A program made the position numbers and the translations under genes. The notes under the pieces are model-generated. The model was not told where the DNA came from, ran no database searches, and saw only the letters and a program-made list of their open reading frames with translations. A stretch of 64,000 nt of DNA from the human T2T-CHM13v2.0 reference genome, Homo sapiens, in assembly GCF_009914755.1 (NCBI RefSeq), contig NC_060948.1; one strand, given 5' to 3'. Shown here piece by piece: positions 12,701 through 28,680 of this stretch (position 1 is the first letter of the stretch; the number at the start of each line of letters is the position of its first letter).

Positions 12701-14542
12701 TGGAATGGAATAGAAAGGAATGGAATGAAACGGAATGGAAAGGATTCAAATGGAATGCAATCGAATGGAATGCAATCGAATGGAATGGAATCGAACGGAA
12801 TGGAATAAAATGGAAGGAAACTGGCAAGAAATGGAATCGAAATGAATGGAGTGTTATGGAACGGACTCCAAAGGAATTGAATGTAATAGAATGGAGTGGA
12901 GTGGACGCGAACATAATGGACTGGAATGGAATGGAATCACATGGAATGGGAACGAATGGAATGGAATGGAAAGGAATGGAATCGAATGGATAGGAATCAA
13001 ATGGAAGGGAATGAAATTGAATCAACAGGAATGGAAGGGAATAGAATAGACTGTAATGGAATGGACTCGAATAGAATGGACACGAATGCTCAAATTGGAT
13101 GGACTCGAATGGAATGGAAACGAAAGGAATGTCATCGAATGGAATTGAATCGATTGGAATGAAATGGCATAGAATGGATTGGAATGAAATGGAATTGAAT
13201 CGAAAGGAAAGGAAGCGAATGGACTGAAATGAAATGGAATGGAATTAAATGGAAAGTAATGCAATGGAATAGAATGGAACGAAATTTCACGGAATGGAAT
13301 CAAACAGAATGGAATCAAATCAATTGAATATAATCAAATGGAATGGAATGGAATGGAAAGGAAATGAATGGAATAGATTGGATAGGAAGGGATTGGAATG
13401 CAATGGAATGGAAAGGACTCGAATTTCATGAAACGGAATGGAATGAATTGGAATGGAATGGACTCGAATGGAATGGAATGTCATGGAATGGCATCAAATG
13501 GAATGGAATCAAATGGAATGGCATCGAATGCAATGGAATGTTATGGAATGGAATGGAATGTATTGGAATGGAATGTCCTCTAATGGAATGGATTCGAGTG
13601 GAATGGAATCAAATATAATGGAGTCGAATGAAATGGAATTGAAAGGAATGGGATCGAATAGAATGGAATATACTGGAATGTAATGTAATGAAGTCGAATG
13701 TAATTGACTGGAATGGAATGTACATGAATGGAATGTAATCGAATAGAAAGTAATCCAATGAAATAGAATCTAATGCAATAAAACCGACTCAAATGGAATA
13801 GAATGTAATGGAATGGAGTGCAGTGCAATGGAATGGAATGGAATGGAATGCAATGGAGTGGAATGGAATGGAATGGGATGGAATGGTATGGAATGGATAG
13901 TAAAGGACTGGAGTGAAATGGACTGTAAAGGAATGGACTCCAATTGAAAGGGCTCGAAAGGAATGGAGTCAAATGGAATGGTCTGGAATGGAATGAACTC
14001 GAATGTAATGCAATCCAATAGAATGGAATCGAATGGAATGGAATATAAAGAAATGGAATCGACGAGAATGGAAACAGATGGAATGGAATTGAAAGGAATG
14101 GAATTGAATGGAATGGGCACGAATGGAATGAAATTGTATGGAATAGAAGAGAATAGAATGGAATGCAATGGATAAGAAAGGAATGGATTGGAATGGAAGG
14201 GAATGTAGTGTAATGGACTGGCATGGAATAAACTGGAATGCTACGGTCTCAAATGGAATAAAAATGTATGGAATGGAATGCCATGAAACGGAATCGAATG
14301 TCATAGAATGTAATGGAATGCAAAAAAATGGACTCCAAAATCATTGACTGGAAAGGCTGGGTGTCGAAAGGAATTGACTCCAATGGAATGGAATCGAATG
14401 GAATGGAAGTGAATAGAATCGAACTAAATCGAATGGAATGGAATTGATAGGAACGGAATGGAAAGGAATGGAATGATTTGGCATGGAATGGAATCGAATG
14501 GACTCGAATGGAATGGAATGGAATGCAATGGAATGGAATGTA

Positions 14543-17500
14543 TTAGAATGTAGTGAACTTTAATGGAATGAACTCGAATGGATTCGACTGGAATGGAATG
14601 TTCTGGAAGTGAATGAACTCCAATGGAATGGATTCAAAAGGAATGGAATCGAAGGGAATGGAATCTAATGGAATGGAATGAAATGGAAAGGAATCAAATC
14701 GAATAGCACGGAATTGAACTGAATGGAATCGAATGCAATGGAATCTAATGAAACGGAAAGGAAAGGAATGGAATGGCATGGAATGGGCTGGAATGGAATG
14801 GAATCGAAACGAATGGAATGGAATCGAACTGAAGAGACTGGAATGGAATGCATTGGCATGGAAGGGAGTTTAATGGAAGGTTCTCGAAAAGACTGGAATC
14901 GAATGGAATGGAATTGAATGGAACGGATATAGAGTCAAATGGAATTGAATGGAATGGAATGGAGTAGAGTGAAATGGAATCGAGTCACAAGGAATGGACA
15001 GGAATAGAACGGTCTCGAATTGAATGGAATCGTATGGAATGGAATTCAACGGAATGGAATGGACAGCCACGGAATGGAATGCACTCGAATGCAATGGACT
15101 CGAAACTAATGGACTGGAATCGAATGGACTCGACTGGTACGGACTCCAATGGAATGGAATCGAATGGAATGGAATCGAACGGAATGAACTCGAAGTGAAA
15201 AGAGTGCAATGGAAAGGTCTCGAATGGAATGGAAATTAATGGAATGGAATGGAATCGAATGAAATGGAGTCAAAAGGAATGGAATCGAATGGCAAGAAAT
15301 CGAATGTAATGGAATCACAAGGAATGGATGTGAACGGAACGGAATGGAATGGAATCAAAAGGAATGGAATCGAATGGAAAGGACTCGAATGGAAATGACT
15401 CGAATAGAATGGAATTCAACAAAATAGAGTCAAATGTAATGGAATGGAATGGAAAGGAATCGAAACGAAAGGAATGGAGACAGATGGAATGGAATGGAAC
15501 AGAGAGCAATGGTATAGAATGGAATGGAATCATATGGAATGGAATTGAATGGAATGGAATAATATGAAATGGAATGGAAAGGAATGGAATGCACTTGAAT
15601 TAAATGGACTGGAATGGAATGGACTCGAACGGAGTGGAATGGAAAGGATTGAAATAGAATGGAATGGACTCCTTTGGAATGGTCTAGTATTCAATGCAAA
15701 CGACTGGCAGGGAATCAAAAGGAATGTAATCGAATGGATTGGACTGGAATACAATGGACTCGAATACGTTGGAAACGGAATGCAATGGAATGGAATGGAA
15801 TAGTATGCAATGGAACGGAAAGGAATGAAGTAGAATGGACTAGAGTGGAATGGAATGGACTCGAAAGCAATGGACTGGAATGGAACGATCTTGAATGGAC
15901 CGGAATCAAACGGAACGGAATGCAATGCAAGGCAATCAAATGGAATGGAATAAAAGAGAATGAAAGAGAATCAAATGCAATTGAATCGAATGGAATCGAA
16001 TGGATTGGAAAGGAATAGAATGGAATGGAATGGAATTGACTCCAATGGAATGGACTAGAACGGAATGGAGTCGAATGGAAGGCAAAGGAATGGAATCTAT
16101 TGGAATGGACTGTAATGGAATGGCATGGAAGGGATTGGAATGGACTCGAATGGAAAGGACTGCAATAGAAAGGATTCGAATGGAATGAAAAAGAATCGAA
16201 TGGAATAGAACAGAATGGAATCAAATCGAATGAAATGGAATGGAATAGAAAGGAATGGAATGAAATGGAATGGAAAGGATTCAAATGGAATGCAATCGAA
16301 TGGAATGCAATAGAATGGAATGGAATCGAACGGAATGGAATAAAATGGAAGGAAACTGGCAAGAAATGGAATCGAAATGAATGGAGTGTTATGGAACGGA
16401 CTCCAAAGGAATTGAATGTAATAGAATGGAGTGGAGTGGACTCGAATATAATGGACTGGAATGGAATGGAATCACATGGAATGGGAACGAATGGAATGGA
16501 ATGGAAAGGAATGGAATCGAATGGAAAGGAATCAAATGGAAGGGAATGAAATTGAATCAACAGGAATGGAAGGGAATAGAATAGACTGTAATGGAATGGA
16601 CTCGAATAGAATGGACACGAATGCTCAAATTGGATGGACTCGAATGGAATGGAAACGAAAGGAATGTCATCGAATGGAATTGAATCGATTGGAATGAAAT
16701 GGCATAGAATGGAGTGGAATGAAATGGAATTGAATCGAAAGGAAAGGAAGCGAATGGACTGAAATGAAATGGAATGGAATTGAATGGAAAGTAATGCAAT
16801 GGAATAGAATGGAACGAAATTTCACGGAATGGAATCAAACAGAATGGAATCAAATCAATGGAATATAATCAAATGGAATGGAATGGAATGGAAAAGAATT
16901 GAATGGAATAGATTGGATAGGAAGGGATTGGAATGCAATGGAATGGAAAGGACTCGAATTTCATGAAACGGAATGGAATGAATTGGAATGGAATGGACTC
17001 GAATGGAATGGAATGTCATGGAATGGCATCAAATGGAATGGAATCAAATGGAATGGCATCGAATGCAATGGAATGTTATGGAATGGAATGGAATGTATTG
17101 GAATGGAATGTCCTCTAATGGAATGGATTCGAGTGGAATGGAATCGAATATAATGGAGTCGAATGAAATGGAATTGAAAGGAATGGGATCGAATAGAATG
17201 GAATATACTGGAATGTAATGTAATGAAGTCGAATGTAATTGACTGGAATGGAATGTACATGAATGGAATGTAATCGAATGGAAAGTAATCCAATGAAATA
17301 GAATCTAATGCAATAAAACCGACTCAAATGGAATAGAATGTAATGGAATGGAGTGCAGTGCAATGGAATGGAATGGAATGGAATGGAATGGAGTGGAATG
17401 GAATGGAATGGGATGGAATGGTATGGAATGGATAGTAAAGGACTGGAGTGAAATGGACTGTAAAGGAATGGACTCCAATTGAAAGGGCTCGAAAGGAATG

Positions 17501-20500
17501 GAGTCAAATGGAATGGTCTGGAATGGAATGAACTCGAATGTAATGCAATCCAATAGAATGGAATCGAATGGAATGGAATATAAAGAAATGGAATCGACGA
17601 GAATGGAAACAGATGGAATGGAATTGAAAGGAATGGAATTGAATGGAATGGGCACGAATGGAATGAAATTGTATGGAATAGAAGAGAATAGAATGGAATG
17701 CAATGGATAAGAAAGGAATGGATTGGAATGGAAGGGAATGTAGTGTAATGGACTGGCATGGAATAAACTGGAATGCTACGGTCTCAAATGGAATAAAAAT
17801 GTATGGAATGGAATGCCATGAAACGGAATCGAATGTCATAGAATGTAATGGAATGCAAAAAAATGGACTCCAAAATCATTGACTGGAAAGGCTGGGTGTC
17901 GAAAGGAATTGACTCCAATGGAATGGAATCGAACGGATTGGAAGTGAATAGAATCGAACTAAATCGAATGGAATGGAATTGATAGGAACGGAATGGAAAG
18001 GAATGCAATGATTTGGCATGGAATGGAATCGAATGGACTCGAATGGAATGGAATGGAATGCAATGCAATGGAATGTATTAGAATGTAGTGAACTTTAATG
18101 GAATGAACTCGAATGGATTCGACTGGAATGGAATGTTCTGGAAGTGAATGGACTCCAATGGAATGGATTCAAAAGGAATGGAATCGAAGGGAATGGAATC
18201 TAATGGAATGGAATGAAATGGAAAGGAATCCAATCGAATAGCACGGAATTGAATTGAATGGAATCGAATGCAATGGAATCTAATGAAACGGAAAGGAAAG
18301 GAACGGAATGGCATGGAATGGGCTGGAATGGAATGGAATCGAAACGAATGGAATGGAATCGAACTGAAGAGACTGGAATGGAATGCACTGGCATGGAAGG
18401 GAGTTTAATGGAAGGTTCTCGAAAAGACTGGAATCGAATGCAATGGAATTGAATGGAACGGATATAGAGTCAAATGGAATTGAATGGAATGGAATGGAGT
18501 AGAGTGAAATGGAATCGAGTCACAAGGAATGGACAGGAATAGAACGGTCTCGAATTGAATGGAATCGTATGGAATGGAATTCAACGGAATGGAATGGACA
18601 GCCACGGAATGGAATGCACTCGAATGCAATGGACTCGAAACTAATGGACTGGAATCGAATGGACTCGACTGGTACGGACTCCAATGGAATGGAATCGAAT
18701 GGAATGGAATCGAACGGAATGGACTCGAAGTGAAAAGAGTGCAATGGAAAGGTCTCGAATGGAATGGAAATTAATGCAATGGAATGGAATCGAATGAAAT
18801 GGAGTCAAAAGGAATGGAATCGAATGGCAAGAAATCGAATGTAATGGAATCACAAGGAATGGATGTGAACGGAACGGAATGGAATGGAATCAAAAGGAAT
18901 GGAATCGAATGGAATGGACTCGAATGGAAATGACTCGAATAGAATGGAATTCAACAAAATAGAATCAAATGAAATGGAATGGAATGGAAAGGAATCGAAA
19001 CGAAAGGAATGGAGACAGATGGAATGGAATGGAACAGAGAGCAATGGTATAGAATGGAATGGAATCATATGGAATGGAATTGAATGGAATGGAATAATAT
19101 GAAATGGAATGGAAAGGAATGGAATGCACTTGAATTAAATGGACTGGAATGGAATGGACTCGAACGGAGTGGAATGGAAAGGATTGAAATAGAATGGAAT
19201 GGACTCCTTTGGAATGGTCTAGTATGCAATGCAAACGACTGGCAGGGAATCAAAAGGAATGTAATCGAATGGATTGGACTGGAATCAATGGACTCGAATA
19301 CATTGGAAACGGAATGCAATGGAATGGAATGGAATAGTATGGAATGGAACGGAAAGGAATGAAGTAGAATGGACTAGAGTGGAATGGAATGGACTCGAAA
19401 GCAATGGACTGGAATGGAACGATCTTGAATGGACCGGAATCAAACGGAAAGGAATGCAATGCAAGGCAATGAAATGGAATGGAATAAAAGAGAATGAAAG
19501 AGAATCAAATGCAATTGAATCGAATGGAATCGAATGGATTGGAAAGGAATAGAATGGAATGGAATGGAATTGACTCAAATGGAATGGACTAGAATGGAAT
19601 GGAGTCGAATGGAAGGCAAAGGAATGGAATCTATTGGAATGGACTGTAATGGAATGGCATGGAAGGGATTGGAATGGACTCGAATGGAAAGGACTGCAAT
19701 GGAAAGGATTCGAATGGAATGAAAAAGAATTGAATGGAATAGAACAGAATGGAATCAAATCGAATGAAATGGTATGGAATAGAAAGGAATGGAATGAAAC
19801 GGAATGGAAAGGATTCAAATGGAATGCAATCGAATGGAATGCAATCGAATGGAATGGAATCGAACGGAATGGAATAAAATGGAAGGAAACTGGCAAGAAA
19901 TGGAAGCGAAATGAATGGAGTGTTATGGAACGGACTCCAAAGGAATTGAATGTAATAGAATGGAGTGGAGTGGACTCGAATATAATGGACTGGATTGGAA
20001 TGGAATCACATGGAATGGGAACGAATGGAATGGAATGGAAAGGAATGGAATCGAATGGATAGGAATCAAATGGAAGGGAATGAAATTGAATCAACCGGAA
20101 TGGAAGGGAATAGAATAGACTGTAATGGAATGGACTCGAATAGAATGGACACGAATGCTCAAATTGGATGGACTCGAATGGAATGGAAACGAAAGGAATG
20201 TCATCGAATGGAATTGAATCGATTGGAATGAAATGGCATAGAATGGATTGGAATGAAATGGAATTGAATCGAAAGGAAAGGAAGCGAATGGACTGAAATG
20301 AAATGGAATGGAATTGAATGGAAAGTAATGCAATGGAATAGAATGGAACGAAATTTCACGGAATGGAATCAAACAGAATGGAATCAAATCAATGGAATAT
20401 AATCAAATGGAATGGAATGGAATGGAAAGGAATTGAATGGAATAGATTGGATAGGAAGGGATTGGAATGCAATGGAATGGAAAGGACTCGAATTTCATGA

Positions 20501-23500
20501 AACGGAATGGAATGAATTGGAATGGAATGGACTCGAATGGAATGGAATGTCATGGAATGGCATCAAATGGAATGGAATCAAATGGAATGGCATCGAATGC
20601 AATGGAATGTTATGGAATGGAATGGAATGTATTGGAATGGAATGTCCTCTAATGGAATGGATTCGAGTGGAATGGAATCGAATATAATGGAGTCGAATGA
20701 AATGGAATTGAAAGGAATGGGATGGAATAGAATGGAATATACTGGAATGTAATGTAATGAAGTCGAATGTAATTGACTGGAATGGAATGTACATGAATGG
20801 AATGTAATCGAATAGAAAGTAATCCAATGAAATAGAATCTAATGCAATAAAACCGACTCAAATGGAATAGAATGTAATGGAATGGAGTGCAGTGCAATGG
20901 AATGGAATGGAATGGAATGCAATGGAGTGGAATGGAATGGAATGGGATGGAATGGTATGGAATGGATAGTAAAGGACTGGAGTGAAATGGACTGTAAAGG
21001 AATGGACTCCAATTGAAAGGGCTCGAAAGGAATGGAGTCAAATGGAATGGTCTGGAATGGAATGAACTCGAATGTAATGCAATCCAATAGAATGGAATCG
21101 AATGGAATGGAATATAAAGAAATGGAATCGACGAGAATGGAAACAGATGGAATGGAATTGAAAGGAATGGAATTGAATGGAATGGGCACGAATGGAATGA
21201 AATTGTATGGAATAGAAGAGAATAGAATGGAATGCAATGGATAAGAAAGGAATGGATTGGAATGGAAGGGAATGTAGTGTAATGGACTGGCATGGAATAA
21301 ACTGGAATGCTACGGTCTCAAATGGAATAAAAATGTATGGAATGGAATGCCATGAAACGGAATCGAATGTCATAGAATGTAATGGAATGCAAAAAAATGG
21401 ACTCCAAAATCATTGACTGGAAAGGCTGGGTGTCGAAAGGAATTGACTCCAATGGAATGGAATCGAATGGAACGGAAGTGAATAGAATCGAACTAAATCG
21501 AATGGAATGGAATTGATAGGAACGGAATGGAAAGGAATGGAATGATTTGGCATGGAATGGAATCGAATGGACTCGAATGGAATGGAATGGAATGCAATGC
21601 AATGGAATGTATTAGAATGTAGTGAACTTTAATGGAATGAACTCGAATGGATTCGACTGGAATGGAATGTTCTGGAAGTGAATGAACTCCAATGGAATGG
21701 ATTCAAAAGGAATGGAATCGAAGGGAATGGAATCTAATGGAATGGAATGAAATGGAAAGGAATCAAATCGAATAGCACGGAATTGAACTGAATGGAATCG
21801 AATGCAATGGAATCTAATGAAACGGAAAGGAAAGGAATGGAATGGCATGGAATGGGCTGGAATGGAATGGAATCGAAACGAATGGAATGGAATCGAACTG
21901 AAGAGACTGGAATGGAATGCATTGGCATGGAAGGGAGTTTAATGGAAGGTTCTCGAAAAGACTGGAATCGAATGGAATGGAATTGAATGGAACGGATATA
22001 GAGTCAAATGGAATTGAATGGAATGGAATGGAGTAGAGTGAAATGGAATCGAGTCACAAGGAATGGACAGGAATAGAACGGTCTCGAATTGAATGGAATC
22101 GTATGGAATGGCATCAAACGGAATGGAATGGACAGCCACGGAATGGAATGCACTCGAATGCAATGGACTCGAAACTAATGGACTGGAATCGAATGGACTC
22201 GACTGGTACGGACTCCAATGGAATGGAATCGAATGGAATGGAATCGAACGGAATGAACTCGAAGTGAAAAGAGTGCAATGGAAAGGTCTCGAATGGAATG
22301 GAAATTAATGGAATGGAATGGAATCGAATGAAATGGAGTCAAAAGGAATGGAATCGAATGGCAAGAAATCGAATGTAATGGAATCACAAGGAATGGATGT
22401 GAACGGAACGGAATGGAATGGAATCAAAAGGAATGGAATCGAATGGAATGGACTCGAATGGAAATGACACGAATAGAATGCAATTTAATAAAATAGAATC
22501 AAATGTAATGGAATGGAATGGAAAGGAATCGTAACGAAAGGAATGGAGACAGATGGAATGGAATGGAACAGAGAGCAATGGTATAGAATGGAATGGAATC
22601 ATATGGAATGGAATTGAATGGAATGGAATAATATGAAATGGAATGGAAAGGAATGGAATGCACTTGAATTAAATGGACTGGAATGGAATGGACTCGAACG
22701 GAGTGGAATGGAAAGGATTGAAATAGAATGGAATGGACTCCTTTGGAATGGTCTAGTATTCAATGCAAACGACTGGCAGGGAATCAAAAGGAATGTAATC
22801 GAATGGATTGGACTGGAATACAATGGACTCGAATACGTTGGAAACGGAATGCAATGGAATGGAATGGAATAGTATGCAATGGAACGGAAAGGAATGAAGT
22901 AGAATGGACTAGAGTGGAATGGAATGGACTCGAAAGCAATGGACTGGAATGGAACGATCTTGAATGGACCGGAATCAAACGGAACGGAATGCAATGCAAG
23001 GCAATCAAATGGAATGGAATAAAAGAGAATGAAAGAGAATCAAATGCAATTGAATCGAATGGAATCGAATGGATTGGAAAGGAATAGAATGGAATGGAAT
23101 GGAATTGACTCCAATGGAATGGACTAGAACGGAATGGAGTCGAATGGAAGGCAAAGGAATGGAATCTATTGGAATGGACTGTAATGGAATGGCATGGAAG
23201 GGATTGGAATGGACTCGAATGGAAAGGACTGCAATAGAAAGGATTCGAATGGAATGAAAAAGAATTGAATGGAATAGAACAGAATGGAATCAAATCGAAT
23301 GAAATGGAATGGAATAGAAAGGAATGGAATGAAATGGAATGGAAAGGATTCAAATGGAATGCAATCGAATGGAATGCAATAGAATGGAATGGAATCGAAC
23401 GGAATGGAATAAAATGGAAGGAAACTGGCAAGAAATGGAATCGAAATGAATGGAGTGTTATGGAACGGACTCCAAAGGAATTGAATGTAATAGAATGGAG

Positions 23501-26500
23501 TGGAGTGGACTCGAATATAATGGACTGGAATGGAATGGAATCACATGGAATGGGAACGAATGGAATGGAATGGAAAGGAATGGAATCGAATGGAAAGGAA
23601 TCAAATGGAAGGGAATGAAATTGAATCAACAGGAATGGAAGGGAATAGAATAGACTGTAATGGAATGGACTCGAATAGAATGGACACGAATGCTCAAATT
23701 GGATGGACTCGAATGGAATGGAAACGAAAGGAATGTCATCGAATGGAATTGAATCGATTGGAATGAAATGGCATAGAATGGAGTGGAATGAAATGGAATT
23801 GAATCGAAAGGAAAGGAAGCGAATGGACTGAAATGAAATGGAATGGAATTGAATGGAAAGTAATGCAATGGAATAGAATGGAACGAAATTTCACGGAATG
23901 GAATCAAACAGAATGGAATCAAATCAATGGAATATAATCAAATGGAATGGAATGGAATGGAAAGGAATTGAATGGAATAGATTGGATAGGAAGGGATTGG
24001 AATGCAATGGAATGGAAAGGACTCGAATTTCATGAAACGGAATGGAATGAATTGGAATGGAATGGACTCGAATGGAATGGAATGTCATGGAATGGCATCA
24101 AATGGAATGGAATCAAATGGAATGGCATCGAATGCAATGGAATGTTATGGAATGGAATGGAATGTATTGGAATGGAATGTCCTCTAATGGAATGGATTCG
24201 AGTGGAATGGAATCGAATATAATGGAGTCGAATGAAATGGAATTGAAAGGAATGGGATCGAATAGAATGGAATATACTGGAATGTAATGTAATGAAGTCG
24301 AATGTAATTGACTGGAATAGAATGTACATGAATGGAATGTAATCGAATGGAAAGTAATCCAATGAAATAGAATCTAATGCAATAAAACCGACTCAAATGG
24401 AATAGAATGTAATGGAATGGAGTGCAGTGCAATGGAATGGAATGGAATGGAATGGAATGGAGTGGAATGGAATGGAATGGGATGGAATGGTATGGAATGG
24501 ATAGTAAAGGACTGGAGTGAAATGGACTGTAAAGGAATGGACTCCAATTGAAAGGGCTCGAAAGGAATGGAGTCAAATGGAATGGTCTGGAATGGAATGA
24601 ACTCGAATGTAATGCAATCCAATAGAATGGAATCGAATGGAATGGAATATAAAGAAATGGAATCGACGAGAATGGAAACAGATGGAATGGAATTGAAAGG
24701 AATGGAATTGAATGGAATGGGCATGAATGGAATGAAATTGTATGGAATAGAAGAGAATAGAATGGAATGCAATGGATAAGAAAGGAATGGATTGGAATGG
24801 AAGGGAATGTAGTGTAATGGACTGGCATGGAATAAACTGCAATGCTACGGACTCAAATGGAATAAAAATGTATGGAATGGAATGCCATGAAACGGAATCG
24901 AATGTCATAGAATGTAATGGAATGCAAAAAAATGGACTCCAAAATCATTGACTGGAAAGGCTGGGTGTCGAAAGGAATTGACTCCAATGGAATGGAATCG
25001 AATGGAACGGAAGTGAATAGAATCGAACTAAATCGAATGGAATGGAATTGATAGGAACGGAATGGAAAGGAATGGAATGATTTGGCATGGAATGGAATCG
25101 AATGGACTCGAATGGAATGGAATGGAATGCAATGCAATGGAATGTATTAGAATGTAGTGAACTTTAATGGAATGAACTCGAATGGATTCGACTGGAATGG
25201 AATGTTCTGGAAGTGAATGGACTCCAATGGAATGGATTCAAAAGGAATGGAATCGAAGGGAATGGAATCTAATGGAATGGAATGAAATGGAAAGGAATCA
25301 AATCGAATAGCACGGAATTGAACTGAATGGAATCGAATGCAATGGAATCTAATGAAACGGAAAGGAAAGGAACGGAATGGCATGGAATGGGCTGGAATGG
25401 AATGGAATCGAAACGAATGGAAAGGAATCGAACTGAAGAGACTGGAATGGAATGCACTGGCATGGAAGGGAGTTTAATGGAAGGTTCTCGAAAAGACTGG
25501 AATCGAATGCAATGGAATTGAATGGAACGGATATAGAGTCAAATGGAATTGAATGGAATGGAATGGAGTAGAGTGAAATGGAATCGAGTCACAAGGAATG
25601 GACAGGAATAGAACGGTCTCGAATTGAATGGAATCGTATGGAATGGAATTCAACGGAATGGAATGGACAGCCACGGAATGGAATGCACTCGAATGCAATG
25701 GACTCGAAACTAATGGACTGGAATCGAATGGACTCGACTGGTACGGACTCCAATGGAATGGAATCGAATGGAATGGAATCGAACGGAATGGACTCGAAGT
25801 GAAAAGAGTGCAATGGAAAGGTCTCGAATGGAATGGAAATTAATGGAATGGAATGGAATCGAATGAAATGGAGTCAAAAGGAATGGAATCGAATGGCAAG
25901 AAATCGAATGTAATGGAATCACAAGGAATGGATGTGAACGGAACGGAATGGAATGGAATCAAAAGGAATGGAATCGAATGGAATGGACTCGAATGGAAAT
26001 GACTCGAATAGAATGGAATTCAACAAAATAGAATCAAATGTAATGGAATGGAATGGAAAGGAATCAAAACGAAAGGAATGGAGACAGATGGAATGGAATG
26101 GAACAGAGAACAATTGTATATAATGGAATGGAATCATATGGAATGGAATTGAATGGAATGAAATAATATAAAATGGAATGGAAAGGAATGGAATGCACTT
26201 GAATTAAATGGACTGGAATGGAATGGACTCGAACGGAGTGGAATGGAAAGGATTGAAATAGAATGGAATGGACTCCTTTGGAATGGTCTAGTATGCAATG
26301 CAAACGACTGGCAGGGAATCAAAAGGAATGTAATCGAATGGATTGGCCTGGAATCAATGGACTCGAATACATTGGAAACGGAATGCAATGGAATGGAATG
26401 GAATAGTATGGAATGGAACGGAAAGGAATGAAGTAAAATGGACTAGAGTGGAATGGAATGGACTCGAAAGCAATGGACTGGAATGGAACGATCTTGAATG

Positions 26501-28680
26501 GACCGGAATCAAACGGAAAGGAATGCAATGCAAGGCAATCAAATGGAATGGAATAAAAGAGAATGAAAGAGAATCAAATGCAATTGAATCGAATGGAATC
26601 GAATGGATTGGAAAGGAATAGAATGGAATGGAATGGAATTGACTCAAATGGAATGGACTAGAACGGAATGGAGTCGAATGGAAGGCAAAGGAATGGAATC
26701 TATTGGAATGGACTGTAATGGAATGGCATGGAAGGGATTGGAATGGACTCGAATGGAAAGGACTGCAATAGAAAGGATTCGAATGGAATGAAAAAGAATT
26801 GAATGGAATAGAACAGAATGGAATCAAATCGAATGAAATGGAATGGAATAGAAAGGAATGGAATGAAACGGAATGGAAAGGATTCAAATGGAATGCAATC
26901 GAATGGAATGCAATCGAATGGAATGGAATCGAACGGAATGGAATAAAATGGAAGGAAACTGGCAAGAAATGGAATCGAAATGAATGGAGTGTTATGGAAC
27001 GGACTCCAAAGGAATTGAATGTAATAGAATGGAGTGGAGTGGACGCGAACATAATGGACTGGAATGGAATGGAATCACATGGAATGGGAACGAATGGAAT
27101 GGAATGGAAAGGAATGGAATCGAATGGATAGGAATCAAATGGAAGGGAATGAAATTGAATCAACAGGAATGGAAGGGAATAGAATAGACTGTAATGGAAT
27201 GGACTCGAATAGAATGGACACGAATGCTCAAATTGGATGGACTCGAATGGAATGGAAACGAAAGGAATGTCATCGAATGGAATTGAATCGATTGGAATGA
27301 AATGGCATAGAATGGATTGGAATGAAATGGAATTGAATCGAAAGGAAAGGAAGCGAATGGACTGAAATGAAATGGAATGGAATTAAATGGAAAGTAATGC
27401 AATGGAATAGAATGGAACGAAATTTCACGGAATGGAATCAAACAGAATGGAATCAAATCAATTGAATATAATCAAATGGAATGGAATGGAATGGAAAGGA
27501 AATGAATGGAATAGATTGGATAGGAAGGGATTGGAATGCAATGGAATGGAAAGGACTCGAATTTCATGAAACGGAATGGAATGAATTGGAATGGAATGGA
27601 CTCGAATGGAATGGAATGTCATGGAATGGCATCAAATGGAATGGAATCAAATGGAATGGCATCGAATGCAATGGAATGTTATGGAATGGAATGGAATGTA
27701 TTGGAATGGAATGTCCTCTAATGGAATGGATTCGAGTGGAATGGAATCGAATATAATGGAGTCGAATGAAATGGAATTGAAAGGAATGGGATCGAATAGA
27801 ATGGAATATACTGGAATGTAATGTAATGAAGTCGAATGTAATTGACTGGAATGGAATGTACATGAATGGAATGTAATCGAATGGAAAGTAATCCAATGAA
27901 ATAGAATCTAATGCAATAAAACCGACTCAAATGGAATAGAATGTAATGGAATGGAGTGCAGTGCAATGGAATGGAATGGAATGGAATGGAATGGAGTGGA
28001 ATGGAATGGAATGGGATGGAATGGTATGGAATGGATAGTAAAGGACTGGAGTGAAATGGACTGTAAAGGAATGGACTCCAATTGAAAGGGCTCGAAAGGA
28101 ATGGAGTCAAATGGAATGGTCTGGAATGGAATGAACTCGAATGTAATGCAATCCAATAGAATGGAATCGAATGGAATGGAATATAAAGAAATGGAATCGA
28201 CGAGAATGGAAACAGATGGAATGGAATTGAAAGGAATGGAATTGAATGGAATGGGCACGAATGGAATGAAATTGTATGGAATAGAAGAGAATAGAATGGA
28301 ATGCAATGGATAAGAAAGGAATGGATTGGAATGGAAGGGAATGTAGTGTAATGGACTGGCATGGAATAAACTGGAATGCTACGGTCTCAAATGGAATAAA
28401 AATGTATGGAATGGAATGCCATGAAACGGAATCGAATGTCATAGAATGTAATGGAATGCAAAAAAATGGACTCCAAAATCATTGACTGGAAAGGCTGGGT
28501 GTCGAAAGGAATTGACTCCAATGGAATGGAATCGAATGGAATGGAAGTGAATAGAATCGAACTAAATCGAATGGAATGGAATTGATAGGAACGGAATGGA
28601 AAGGAATGGAATGATTTGGCATGGAATGGAATCGAATGGACTCGAATGGAATGGAATGGAATGCAATGGAATGGAATGTA
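14543..28680 (+). repeat. 14,138-bp four-unit higher-order repeat, copy 2 (A 14543-18077, B 18078-21611, C 21612-25146, D 25147-28680)
   Basis: Near-identical to 405-14542. Only five differences spotted by eye (16197, 25701, 27749, 27883, 27989). Confidence 0.93.

Larger units (their letters stand above)
405..14542 (+). repeat. 14,138-bp four-unit higher-order repeat, copy 1 (A 405-3939, B 3940-7473, C 7474-11008, D 11009-14542)
   Basis: Unit-specific variants recur at +14,138, e.g. GGCC 12207/26345, GGCATCAAAC 7972/22110, CGGATT 3796/17934. The ORF-track coordinates show the same offset. Confidence 0.93.
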
